Program-made: the position numbers and the translations under genes
Shown: positions 1-10,364 of the stretch, one piece after another
Position numbering within the stretch: the stretch's first letter is position 1
How the letters are laid out: each line of letters opens with the position of its first letter
The notes under the pieces: model-generated
Seen by the model: the letters and a program-made list of their open reading frames with translations, nothing else
Databases searched by the model: none
What the model was told of the DNA's origin: nothing
From: Opitutia bacterium
GTDB taxonomy: Bacteria; Verrucomicrobiota; Verrucomicrobiia; Opitutales; Opitutaceae
DNA: 64,000 bases
NCBI GenBank assembly: GCA_947478395.1
Contig: CANJVR010000001.1
Span: 352,001 to 416,000, forward strand
Direction: 5' to 3'

Positions 1-881
1 AATTCGATGCGTTGGCGGAGATCGGCGCCGTCCCAGAAAACATTTTCGCCGTTGGGCTTTTTGACGACGATCAAGGTTTCCTGACCGGCGGCGGACGGCG
101 TGGCGGTGGTCGCGGCGGGCTCGACGACTTCGTCGGGGCCGTTGCTGCGCACGGCGGCGGCGCGTTCGCGGAATTGGATGTAGGCTTTCGCGACCTTAAA
201 GAAGCCGGCCTTCATGAGCTCCTCTTCGACCATGTCCTGGATTTCCTCAATGTGGACGAACGCCTGCTTGGACGCGTGGACGCGCTCGGAAACGGCTTTG
301 GTGACGGCGACGGCGGGGGCGGAATCGCGCTCGAGGGAGAGGAAGGTTTTGCGGACGGCGATCTCGACCTTCTGCTCGCTCCACGGGACGACCTGATTGT
401 TGCGGCGGATGACGCGGAGGGTGGACTGGACGGCGGAGTTGCGGTCGATGGCGATTTTGCGGGCGCGATTGAGGAGCAGGCTTTTCGCGACGAAGTAGGC
501 GTTGTTGTCGACGAGCGTTTTTTCGATGAGCTCGTAAAGCGCGTTGAGCGAAAGACGGAGGGGATTCTGATCGCGGGCGAGCGCGGAAAGATTGGCGGAG
601 ACCTCGCGGCAGATGCGTGTGACCCAGGCGCGGTTGGCGTCGGTGAAGATCTCTTTTTCGCCCTTCGCGAGTGAGACGTTGGTGAGGGCCTTGCCGAGCG
701 TGTCGGCGACTTCAGCGAGGACGAAGCGCTCTTCGCCGTGCGGGCAGAGCAGCACGATGGGCGGGAGCGGGATATTTTCGGTGGCGAGGGCGTCGCGCCA
801 GGCGTAATGGGGTTTTTGTTCGACGGGAGCGTGGACGGTGCGCTTGAGGGCGAGGTCGTGCGCGAGGGAAGGATTGCTCAT
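1..881 (-). CDS. nrdA: Ribonucleotide reductase alpha subunit, N-terminal part with tandem ATP-cone domains (runs off the window edge)
   Basis: Not in ORF track (no stop in window). Manual translation from ATG 881: MSNPSLAHDL...LYELIEKTLVDNNAYFVAKSLL...LRVIRRNNQVVPWSEQKVEIAVRK...VHIEEIQDMVEEELMKAGFFKVAKAYIQFRERA...LIVVKKPNGENVFWDGADLRQRIEF, i.e. ATP-cone motifs; directly downstream of nrdB. Confidence 0.9.
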   Translation of the reverse strand, partial: MSNPSLAHDLALKRTVHAPVEQKPHYAWRDALATENIPLPPIVLLCPHGEERFVLAEVADTLGKALTNVSLAKGEKEIFTDANRAWVTRICREVSANLSALARDQNPLRLSLNALYELIEKTLVDNNAYFVAKSLLLNRARKIAIDRNSAVQSTLRVIRRNNQVVPWSEQKVEIAVRKTFLSLERDSAPAVAVTKAVSERVHASKQAFVHIEEIQDMVEEELMKAGFFKVAKAYIQFRERAAAVRSNGPDEVVEPAATTATPSAAGQETLIVVKKPNGENVFWDGADLRQRIE

Positions 882-1040
882 GGCGGGAAGGCGAAAGGAG
901 ACCAAACGGTGAAGGACGGGAAGGGAGACACTCCGTGTGCGGCCGGCGAAGCCGCGGTCGGGAAATGAAAACGGAGCAGGCGCTCGGTTAGAGGAGGTAC
1001 AGCGAAGCGGGAGGAAAAACGAAGCGGCGAGCCAGCGGGG

Positions 1041-2126
<1,086 letters not shown>

Positions 2127-2234
2127 GACGAGAGGAGGAGGGAAACGTGGATTTGGGCGTGGGAACGCGGCATTTCCGACGCCTCCAAGTGCATAGCGAA
2201 CCAAAGTTGCTATAACTTATTGACGCGTTGTTGA

Positions 2235-2282
2235 CCACAACGGGGTGTGGTCAGGAGCTCCCGCAACCACAACCGATGGGAA
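2235..2282. promoter_or_regulatory. Candidate tandem NrdR boxes upstream of nrdBA
   Basis: CCACAACGGGGTGTGG (2235-2250, inside palindrome TGACCACA..TGTGGTCA) and CCACAACCGATGGGAA (2267-2282), 32 bp apart; minus-strand TTGACG (-35-like) at 2296-2301. Confidence 0.5.
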
Positions 2283-3015
2283 TGGGCGAAATGCGCGTCA
2301 ATAGGTTTATGGCTAGATTTGTGTGAAATTTATCAAGTTTTTGGCTTGCGCGACTATCAGCGGAGAATCTCAGAGCGAAAAAACGTTCGACCTCACACTC
2401 CGGTCTAGTTGGCCCGAAAAAAAAGTGATAAAAATCCTCTAAATCGGTCGCTCCAGGCCATCGAGTTTGGCCGGAGTCCACCCCAGTTTCAGAGGGCGCG
2501 GCCGTATTTAAAAAGCAGAGACTTAATGTACTCGCCCAATCGCCCGAGAACCGGGCGCGAATGCGGAGCAGATAGTTTAATGTCAAAATATCCTCCGCCG
2601 CAAAATCGTCCGGCCCGCTCCCCGGCGCAGGTGATGATCGCTCTTTTGGCACCGTTTTTTATGACCCAACAACGTCTCGGCGCTTCCATGAAGCATTCGA
2701 TCACAGCTGGGGCGCGCCAGACCGCGCCGCCCACGCCCCGCGGGTCTACTACGCGCGGCCGATTCCCGCCGGCGGCCAGCGCGTTGGTCACGTCGAAGAG
2801 AAAGCCGAGCGGCCGCGAGGCAAACTTTTGGTGGCCAGACGCCACTTGCAACGCGGTCAACGGACCGCGCCGGCGGTGCGGGCCTTGGCCAGCTGGTTGA
2901 GCCTCGGGTGATCGCAGTCCCCTAAAACTCCCCTCCGATTTCCTGCGGCGGAAAAAAGGATGAAGACCGAATTTTTCCGTGTGTTTGCCTGGCGCCCCCC
3001 TAACTCTGCGCCGTC

Positions 3016-4854
3016 ATGCCGGTCGCCACGCCCAGTCTCGACGAAATTCTAAAGCGCACGTTCGGCTACGGCACGTTTCGTCCCCTCCAGCGCGAGATCA
3101 TCGATGCCACCCTCGCCGGCCGCGATGTCTTCGCGCTGCTCCCCACCGGCGGTGGCAAATCGCTCTGCTTTCAACTCCCCGCCCTCGCCCGCCCCGGACT
3201 CACCGTGGTCGTTTCGCCACTCATCGCCTTGATGAAGGACCAAGTCGACGCCCTCCAGGCCAGCGGCGTCGCCGCCACGTTTCTCAACTCGACGCTGGAC
3301 GCTGACGAAGCACGCGCGCGCCTCCGCGGGCTGCACCGAGGCGAGTACAAATTGCTCTACGCCGCGCCCGAGCGCTTGATGCTCGAGGGCTGGCAGGAAA
3401 ATTTGAAAGCGTGGAACGTAACGTGCCTCGCCGTCGACGAAGCCCACTGCGTTTCCGAGTGGGGTCACGATTTCCGGCCTGAATATCGCCAGCTCGCCAA
3501 ACTCCGCGCCGCGCTGCCCAACGTTCCGGTGATGGCGCTCACGGCCACCGCGACCGAACGCGTGCGCGCCGACATCATCACGCACCTTCAGCTCCGCGAT
3601 CCGGGAATTTTCGTCGCGAGCTTCAACCGGCCCAACCTAACCTATCGCGTCGTCCCCAAAGACGAGCCGCTCAAGCAGATCATCGAGTTCGTGCGGAAGC
3701 GGGAGCACGAAAGCGGCATCATTTACTGTGCGAGCCGGGCGACGGCCGAGCGCGTGGCCGAATCGCTCGCCGGCCGAGGGTTTCTCGCGCGCCCCTATCA
3801 TGCGGGGCTCGACGCCGGCGACCGCGCGCGCAACCAGGAGCAGTTTCTCCGCGACGATACCCGCATCATGAGCGCAACGATCGCGTTCGGGATGGGCATC
3901 AACAAGCCAAACGTCCGCTGGATCATTCATCACGACCTGCCGAAAAATATCGAAGGCTATTATCAGGAAACCGGCCGCGCGGGCCGCGATGGCCTGCCTG
4001 GCGACTGTCTCTTGCTTTTCAGCGCGGGCGACATCGCCAAACAAACGCATTTTCTCGACGAGATCACCGACGAGCACGAGCGCTCCGTAGCGCGGGCGCA
4101 ATTGCGGCAGATCGTGCATTATGCCGAAAGTCCGACCTGCCGGCGCGCCGAACTACTCGAATATTTCGGGGAAAATTTTCCGCTCGATAACTGCGGTGCC
4201 TGCGACAACTGCAGCGAGCCTCGTGAGAGCTTCGATGGCACCCTCGTGGCGCAGAAATTTCTTTCGTGCGTTTACCGGATTCAGCAGGCGAGCCGCTTCG
4301 GGACCGGCATGAATCACGTGATTGAAGTGCTCACCGGCGCCCAGACCGAGAAAATCCAGCGCTGGGGCCATGAACAGCTCACCACCTACGGTATCGGCCG
4401 CGAACTCTCGCGACCGCAATGGTCGTCGGTTGGCCGCGAGCTGATGCGCCTCGGGTATGTGGCCGTGGGCCACGGCGAATACGCCACGCTCGAGATCACA
4501 GAGGCAGGCATGGCCGTCCTGCGCGCCCGCACTCCGATCACGCTCACAAAGCCGATGGACACGCCCAAGGCGAAACGGGTCGTGCGTCGCGAGGGCGACA
4601 TCGCGTGCGACGAGATCCTCTTCGAGAAACTACGCTCACTCCGGAAACGGCTCGCCGACGAGCGGAAGGTACCCGCGTACATTGTTTTTGGTGACACCAC
4701 GCTGCGGGCGATGGCCCGTGAATATCCGGAAAGCGCGAAAGCGATGGAAGGCATTCCCGGCATGGGCGAAAAGAAGCGCGCGGAGTTCGGCGAGGTCTTC
4801 GCGGCTGAAATCGCCGGTTATCTCGCGGCCAATTCCCGCATGGCATTTGAGTAG
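3016..4854 (+). CDS. recQ: ATP-dependent DNA helicase RecQ
   Basis: PTGGGKSLCFQ, DEAHCVSEWGHDFRP, QETGRAGRDG, RQC Cys cluster (CRR..CGACDNC), C-terminal HRDC (LRKRLADERKVPAYIVF). Confidence 0.97.
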   Translation: MPVATPSLDEILKRTFGYGTFRPLQREIIDATLAGRDVFALLPTGGGKSLCFQLPALARPGLTVVVSPLIALMKDQVDALQASGVAATFLNSTLDADEARARLRGLHRGEYKLLYAAPERLMLEGWQENLKAWNVTCLAVDEAHCVSEWGHDFRPEYRQLAKLRAALPNVPVMALTATATERVRADIITHLQLRDPGIFVASFNRPNLTYRVVPKDEPLKQIIEFVRKREHESGIIYCASRATAERVAESLAGRGFLARPYHAGLDAGDRARNQEQFLRDDTRIMSATIAFGMGINKPNVRWIIHHDLPKNIEGYYQETGRAGRDGLPGDCLLLFSAGDIAKQTHFLDEITDEHERSVARAQLRQIVHYAESPTCRRAELLEYFGENFPLDNCGACDNCSEPRESFDGTLVAQKFLSCVYRIQQASRFGTGMNHVIEVLTGAQTEKIQRWGHEQLTTYGIGRELSRPQWSSVGRELMRLGYVAVGHGEYATLEITEAGMAVLRARTPITLTKPMDTPKAKRVVRREGDIACDEILFEKLRSLRKRLADERKVPAYIVFGDTTLRAMAREYPESAKAMEGIPGMGEKKRAEFGEVFAAEIAGYLAANSRMAFE

Positions 4855-4889
4855 CCGGGGCAAAATCCAACGGCAATCGGTGCGATTTT

Positions 4890-5040
4890 TAGAGCGCGGC
4901 TCGATGGCTTTAAGTTTTTCCGTGGCCGTTTTGCGTAGCGGTAGACGCCTCTGCCTGCCGGGTTCGGCGTCCTCGTTTCGGCCGGCTGGGACGCCTGCCG
5001 CCCCATCGTTCGCGGCTACGATTTTGGTTAAACCGCTCTA
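4890..5040. repeat. Composite MITE/REP-like element, copy 1
   Basis: Ends TAGAGCG ... CGCTCTA; internal GTAGCGGTAGACGCCTCTGCCTGCCG ... CGGCCGGCTGGGACGCCTGCCGC; homologous to 13723-13852 and 63392-63531. Confidence 0.8.
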
Positions 5041-5221
5041 AAAGGCCTCGAATCCAAATTTTTGATTAGCGGAACGCGTGAGCCTTTTGGAGGAGCCCCT
5101 CAGAAGCCTCACGGCTTTCGCTCCGCTGAAACGCGTTTTTTAACGCCCGCCGGACCCGACGGATTGCACGTGAGTCGATCGTCCAACCGTCGCGCCCGGA
5201 GATCGAGACCCTGCCCGGAAA

Positions 5222-6301
5222 TTATTTCGCGGCCGGAGCCGTTCCCTGACGTTTCAGCAGCTGACCGCGGAGGAAAGTATCCACGGGCGCATCACGCCAC
5301 GCCGAGAGCCAGAGCGCGCCGAGCATCTCGCCGCCCTTGAGTAACTGGCCCGTGATAAACGCGCGGCCTTCTTCTGTCGGCGGCTTGCCGGCTTCGATGC
5401 GAAATTTACCAGCCTGGTCCATCGCGTAGAGCGGCTCCACGAGTTTGTTTTGCGCGAGCAAGTAGTCCAAGATCGCGACAAACATTGGATCGCGGTGGTC
5501 CGGCCGAGCGGCGATCGAGATTGGCGCCGCCGGCTTCACCCTCGGCACGAGATCAGCCAGGCTGATGCCCGCCCGGCCGACGAAACCACCATCGATCCAA
5601 CTGTGAATCGTCGAAGCGACGCTCTGGCCGGCGGCATTCACCGTAAATGCCGGACCGTAGCCCTTGGGATTGGGACCGACCCAGCCATTGTGATGCACGG
5701 TGGTGTGTAACGGCTGCGCACAATCGCCGACGAAGTGGCCCATCACGCCCATAATGTAGACGATGTTCGCCTCGGCGTTCGCGATCTCCACCGGGGTGCC
5801 GCCGTTTTCCTGAAACGTTTTCAAGTAGGCGAAGCCCGACTTCAAGCGGGTGTAATACTCATCGATGGTCCAAGGTGCGAAACCCGGCCACTCGCGCGTG
5901 TGATCGGTGTTCTTCGTCGGATCGATCGCGGGAAACTTATCCAAGTGCGCGGCGCGACCCGCCGCAAACGCTACGACAAAATCGAAACGCAGCGACGGCA
6001 GCGTGGCGAAATCGAGCCCCGCATCCGTCAGTTGCTCCAAGTCGCAAAAATGATCCGTCCAGCTGCCGCCCGACTGACGCATGATTGCGTCGGGCACGTT
6101 GCGCCAGCGGTCGGGTTCGCCAGCGAGAAAGGCGACCCGTTCGGCGTTGCTCGCAGTGCGCACGAAAGCGGGAAAGTCAGCGGGCAGCGAAGCGAGCGCG
6201 ACCTGGTTCACCATGCGATGCCCCTCGTAGTCCCAAGCGCGGGCCAGTGGGATGATCGAAAGGGTCGCGACGATAACCTGGGCGAGGGAGCGAATTTTCA
6301 T
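5222..6301 (-). CDS. Secreted S1/P1-family nuclease (zinc-dependent phospholipase C/nuclease fold)
   Basis: Signal peptide then W-D-Y-E-G-H (WxxxGH), EPDRWR and GHFVGDCAQPLH motifs; ATG 6301 overlaps amidase stop (ATGA). Confidence 0.8.
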   Translation of the reverse strand: MKIRSLAQVIVATLSIIPLARAWDYEGHRMVNQVALASLPADFPAFVRTASNAERVAFLAGEPDRWRNVPDAIMRQSGGSWTDHFCDLEQLTDAGLDFATLPSLRFDFVVAFAAGRAAHLDKFPAIDPTKNTDHTREWPGFAPWTIDEYYTRLKSGFAYLKTFQENGGTPVEIANAEANIVYIMGVMGHFVGDCAQPLHTTVHHNGWVGPNPKGYGPAFTVNAAGQSVASTIHSWIDGGFVGRAGISLADLVPRVKPAAPISIAARPDHRDPMFVAILDYLLAQNKLVEPLYAMDQAGKFRIEAGKPPTEEGRAFITGQLLKGGEMLGALWLSAWRDAPVDTFLRGQLLKRQGTAPAAK

Positions 6302-7500
6302 CGGGGGATGGATGGGGACGAGGGAATAGGATTTGCAGACGACCAAGCAGATTTCGGGCGTAACGCTTCCAGTGTCGAGGCATAGGCCTGGATTCCGTCC
6401 GCGATACCCTCCGCGATTTTCTGCCGGTACTCGGGCGTCGCGGCGCGCTTGGCTTCCGCTTCGTTCGAAAGAAAAACTGATTCGACCAAAATGCCGGGGC
6501 AGTTGAGCCCGCGTAGTACCGCGGAGTGCTTGCTTTTCACTCCACGGTCGCTCGTGCCGAGTTTTTTCAACACCGCGCCCTGCATCTCGTGCGCGAAGAG
6601 CGAACTCCACGGATCGAAGCGATTCACCGGCACCAATTCGGACTCGGCGTCATCGGTCTGGCCCGCACCAAGCGACTGATCCGACCGTTGACCGCGCCGC
6701 GTGAAGACAAAGGTCTCGGTGCCGCCCACGCGGGTATTAGGATAAAGCGAGTTGAAATGAATACTCACCATGAGATCCGCGCCGGCCACGTTCGCGACCA
6801 CCGCGCGCTGCTGCCAGTCGACTGGTTTGGTGGGCCCCAGATTCCGATCGTCGCGTCGTGTCAGCACGACCCTGTAGCCCTGCGCGAGCAGCAGTTTTTC
6901 CAAGAGCAACGCGACATCGAGCGTCAGGACTTTTTCCTGAAGGTGCAGCGATTCGTTTTCCATGCCCGGGTCATTGCCGCCATGACCTGGATCGATGGCG
7001 ATCGTTTGCAAGGGGCTGGGCAATGGCCCGGCGAGGTCGGGGCGCATGATCGCCAGCAGTCCTCCCTCGTAGTCCGTCTTGCCGACATAGTGCAGGCTGT
7101 CGCGGGCCAGCACCGGATCGCCGAGAAAAAACCGGCGGCCATCGCAGGAAACTTCGCGCCGATCCGTGGTGAACACCAGCGTCCGGACGCCATTGCGCAG
7201 CGTGAGCTCACGTTTCACCTCGTTCCACGAGACTTTGTATTCGAGCTGCGCCGCGATCTCCGCGAGGCCGACATAGTCGATTTTCTTAAAACGGACCACG
7301 TTCAGCCGCGCTGGTTTCGGCGCCTGCATCGCGGCGATTCTGACTCCATCCGGCCGCGACGGCGCCGGACGGGCCCCGCTGGCTGGAACTGCATTTACCG
7401 TTTGGGCCTGCGCCTCACGGCCCAGCGACAGCCAGGCAAACGGGAGCGCCGAAAGAATGATCGCGCGATACGCGGCTCGACGGAGGCGCGACGGAAACAT
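6298..7500 (-). CDS. N-acetylmuramoyl-L-alanine amidase (Amidase_3) with N-terminal signal/stalk region
   Basis: IAIDPGHGGNDPG, EK, VSIHFNS, ILVESVFLSNEAE motifs; start trimmed to ATG 7500. Confidence 0.9.
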   Translation of the reverse strand: MFPSRLRRAAYRAIILSALPFAWLSLGREAQAQTVNAVPASGARPAPSRPDGVRIAAMQAPKPARLNVVRFKKIDYVGLAEIAAQLEYKVSWNEVKRELTLRNGVRTLVFTTDRREVSCDGRRFFLGDPVLARDSLHYVGKTDYEGGLLAIMRPDLAGPLPSPLQTIAIDPGHGGNDPGMENESLHLQEKVLTLDVALLLEKLLLAQGYRVVLTRRDDRNLGPTKPVDWQQRAVVANVAGADLMVSIHFNSLYPNTRVGGTETFVFTRRGQRSDQSLGAGQTDDAESELVPVNRFDPWSSLFAHEMQGAVLKKLGTSDRGVKSKHSAVLRGLNCPGILVESVFLSNEAEAKRAATPEYRQKIAEGIADGIQAYASTLEALRPKSAWSSANPIPSSPSIPR

Positions 7501-7510
7501 CGCGCGATCC

Positions 7511-8203
7511 TCAGGCGCCGCCGGCGGCCTGCGCCGGGGCGTCGTCGGCGTCGTCTTCCTCACGATCCGGACCATCATCGACCGGCGGATCATTTTCAAC
7601 CGGATGAAACTTCGGCTTGCGCTTGTTGGGCGCGAGCGGCGTGAGCATCACGTGAATGTTACGCCCGATCAGCTTGGGTTCGGCATCCGGATGGCCCATG
7701 CCAACGAGTTCGCCGACCGCCCTCGTCATCACGGCGAAACCAAGTTCCGTGTGAGCCATTTCGCGACCCCGGAATTTCAGCCGCAACTTAACTTTGTTGC
7801 CGTGCGCGAGAAACGCCTCCGCGTGACGGATCTTGGTGAAAAAATCTCCGTCGGCGATACGTGCACTGAACTCGATCTCCTTGATCTTGCTCGCGGTGGA
7901 TTTAACGTGCGACGTCTTCTTCTGTTCCTCGTAGACGTACTTGCCGAAATCCATAATGCGGCAAACGGGCGGCGTGGCGTTCGGCGCGACCTCGACCAGA
8001 TCAAGCCCGACCTCAAGGGCGAGCGAGATCGCCTTTTGTGTATCCAAAATTCCGAGCTGCTTGCCTTCGGGGGAAATTACACGCACCGAAGGGACTTTGA
8101 TGCGGTGATTGCGGCGGATGGCCGCGAACGGGTCGACATTGCGACGCTGATAAGAACCGGAGCGATTGCCGCTGCCGCCGGCTGAGGGAAACGAAGTAGC
8201 CAT
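7511..8203 (-). CDS. infC: Translation initiation factor IF-3
   Basis: VRVISPEGKQLGI, GLDLVEVAPNATPPVCRIMDFGKY, FRGREMAH; acidic C-terminal tail. Confidence 0.95.
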   Translation of the reverse strand: MATSFPSAGGSGNRSGSYQRRNVDPFAAIRRNHRIKVPSVRVISPEGKQLGILDTQKAISLALEVGLDLVEVAPNATPPVCRIMDFGKYVYEEQKKTSHVKSTASKIKEIEFSARIADGDFFTKIRHAEAFLAHGNKVKLRLKFRGREMAHTELGFAVMTRAVGELVGMGHPDAEPKLIGRNIHVMLTPLAPNKRKPKFHPVENDPPVDDGPDREEDDADDAPAQAAGGA

Positions 8204-8299
8204 CAAATAAGGTTTGGTCTGTAAGTTAGGTCGGAGCCATTTCTCGCCGTCTGGCTGGACCGGAGCAACACCAATTTGACCGCCGCAGCCGACGGCGGT

Positions 8300-8692
8300 T
8301 CAAACGCTGAAGCTTTCCCCGCACGAGCAACTGGCTTTCGCGTTGGGATTGGTGAACTTGAACCCCCCCGCCACCAGCGCCGACGAGTAGTCGAGCACCG
8401 TACCTTTGAGGTAGAGTGCGGTCTTGGGATCAACGACGACCTGCACATCGCCGGTCTGAACAAGGATGTCTCCCCGGCGCGGCTCGGGCGTGAACTTCAT
8501 CTTGTAGCTCAGGCCGTTGCACCCTCCGCCCGTGATCGCGATGCGTAGCAATTCGCCCTGCTGTTCGCGCGCGATCAGCGTGCGAACCTTCGCGCCGGCC
8601 GGGGGCGTGACTTTCACCAGCAACTCGCTCCCCACCCGCACGCCTTCCGGTATGGCAGGGCTGGCAAGAAGAGAGGCAACGGGCGCGGACAT
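8300..8692 (-). CDS. Iron-sulfur cluster assembly accessory protein (HesB/IscA/ErpA family)
   Basis: GGGCNGLSY and NPNAKASCSCGESF motifs. Confidence 0.92.
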   Translation of the reverse strand: MSAPVASLLASPAIPEGVRVGSELLVKVTPPAGAKVRTLIAREQQGELLRIAITGGGCNGLSYKMKFTPEPRRGDILVQTGDVQVVVDPKTALYLKGTVLDYSSALVAGGFKFTNPNAKASCSCGESFSV

Positions 8693-8701
8693 CGGCAGCG
8701 A

Positions 8702-9622
8702 CTATTGCACGGTCGCCGCGTTTATCAAGCGCCGCGCCACGGTCACGGCATTTGCGAAACTGGTGCCGCGGGCCTTGCCTTTTCCAGCAATGCCAAACGC
8801 GGTGCCGTGATCAGGGCTGGTCCGCACGTGCGGCAGGCCGAGCGTGACGTTCACCGCCTCATCGAAATCGACCGCTTTCAACGGCGCCAAACCCTGATCG
8901 TGATAAAGCGCCACCACGACGTCGAACTCACCGCGCAAAGCCCGCGCAAAAAGGGTGTCGCCAGGTTCGCACCGCGATAGTCCCGGGAAATCCACGCGTA
9001 ATTTTTCCAGCGCCGGGTTAATGAGATCGCGTTCCTCCCGACCCAGCATTCCTCCCTCGCCCGCGTGCGGATTGAGCCCGCACACGCCGATGCGCGGAAG
9101 ACTCACGCCCTCGGCGCGGGCCAAGGCGTGAGCAGCCGCGACTGTACGACGAAGTAACTCAGGCCCCAGCAGTCGCGACACTTCACCGAGAGGCACATGC
9201 CACGTCGCGAGGACAACGCGTAGTTTCCCGCCGCAAAAACACATCACCGGGTCGCCGCCCCAGCGGGCCGCGAAAAACTCGGTCTGGCCGGGAAATTTGT
9301 AACCGACGCGCGCCAAGCGCTCCTTGCTGACCGGACCTGTGACCACGCCGGAAAATTCGCCACTGACGCAGCCCTGCGCCGCGCGTTCCATCGCGGCCCA
9401 AGCCACGAGCGCACCGTCGGCGGTCGGCTGACCGGGCGTGTCCGCAAAATCTTCGAGGCCGACCGCGATCTTAGTGGCAGACGTGCTCAACGACGCCAGC
9501 CAGCCCGCCGGACCAATAACCGCGATTCCGTCCGCTTCCGCAGCGTGCGCGGCCAACCACGCCGCAATGATTTCCGGCCCGACTCCGGCGGGATCACCAC
9601 ACGTGAACGCGAGCTTACTCAT
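8702..9622 (-). CDS. pdxA: 4-hydroxythreonine-4-phosphate dehydrogenase
   Basis: GDPAGVGPEI, GLNPHAGEGG, YHDQGL, RTSPDHGTAF; start ATG 9622. Confidence 0.93.
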   Translation of the reverse strand: MSKLAFTCGDPAGVGPEIIAAWLAAHAAEADGIAVIGPAGWLASLSTSATKIAVGLEDFADTPGQPTADGALVAWAAMERAAQGCVSGEFSGVVTGPVSKERLARVGYKFPGQTEFFAARWGGDPVMCFCGGKLRVVLATWHVPLGEVSRLLGPELLRRTVAAAHALARAEGVSLPRIGVCGLNPHAGEGGMLGREERDLINPALEKLRVDFPGLSRCEPGDTLFARALRGEFDVVVALYHDQGLAPLKAVDFDEAVNVTLGLPHVRTSPDHGTAFGIAGKGKARGTSFANAVTVARRLINAATVQ

Positions 9623-10364
9623 CGTTTTCCGCGGCCGGGCTGCGGCGCGCGCGGGCGAAACTACGTTTACCCGCGGCGAAAAATCCCAAGAAGTGCCGCG
9701 CTTCCACCGTCGTGAACCCACCATCGGTCAACGCGGTGGCGGCCACCGTTCGGATATTTCCCGGCGTGAAATACACGGCGTGAAACGCCGCTTTCAGTTC
9801 CGCGATCGCGCTGCGGCTAAAGCCGCGCCGCCGCAGACCGACCACGTTGAAGCCGATCACTTCATCGCGTTCCGCCGCCATGGTGTAGTGAGGAACGTCG
9901 CGCGTGATCGATGCATTGCCCGCAATCATCACGCCATCGCCGATGCGGCAATATTGGTGAATGCCCACGCCGCCGCCCATAAACGTGTGCGCGCCCACTT
10001 CGACGTGGCCAGCGAGCATCGCGTTGTTCGCCAGGACGACATGGTCGCCAACGATGCAATCGTGGGCGACATGGACGTTGGCCATGAGAAAACAATTTTC
10101 GCCGATCGTCGTGAACCCCCCGGCCCGGACCGAGCGGTTGAGGGTGACGTGCTCGCGAATGACCGTGCCCGCGCCCACGCGCACCCCGGTCGCCAGCGCA
10201 CGATCGAACTTTAAATATTGAGGATCACCGCCGACAACCGCGAATGGATGCACCACGACGCGATCGCCGAGCACCGCGTGTTGGGTGACGACCGCGTAGG
10301 CGTGAATTTCGCAATTTGTCCCCAGCTGCGCGCCGGGCTCGATGATAGCGGTGGGATGAATCAT
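9615..10364 (-). CDS. lpxA: Acyl-ACP--UDP-N-acetylglucosamine O-acyltransferase
   Basis: MIHPTAIIEPGA hexapeptide repeats, GGDPQ, HVAHDC, LAGHV, IHQYCRIG. Confidence 0.92.
   Translation of the reverse strand: MIHPTAIIEPGAQLGTNCEIHAYAVVTQHAVLGDRVVVHPFAVVGGDPQYLKFDRALATGVRVGAGTVIREHVTLNRSVRAGGFTTIGENCFLMANVHVAHDCIVGDHVVLANNAMLAGHVEVGAHTFMGGGVGIHQYCRIGDGVMIAGNASITRDVPHYTMAAERDEVIGFNVVGLRRRGFSRSAIAELKAAFHAVYFTPGNIRTVAATALTDGGFTTVEARHFLGFFAAGKRSFARARRSPAAENDE

Noticed and set aside
12..674. 220-aa plus-strand ORF (and similar long antisense ORFs, e.g. 30615-31709, 38702-40036)
   Set aside because: Shadow frames opposite well-supported genes (nrdA, fusA, rpoC), as expected from high-GC codon bias.
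2409..2900. 163-aa ORF between nrdB and recQ
   Set aside because: TTG start, R/P/S-rich composition and no recognisable motif; not supportable as a CDS.
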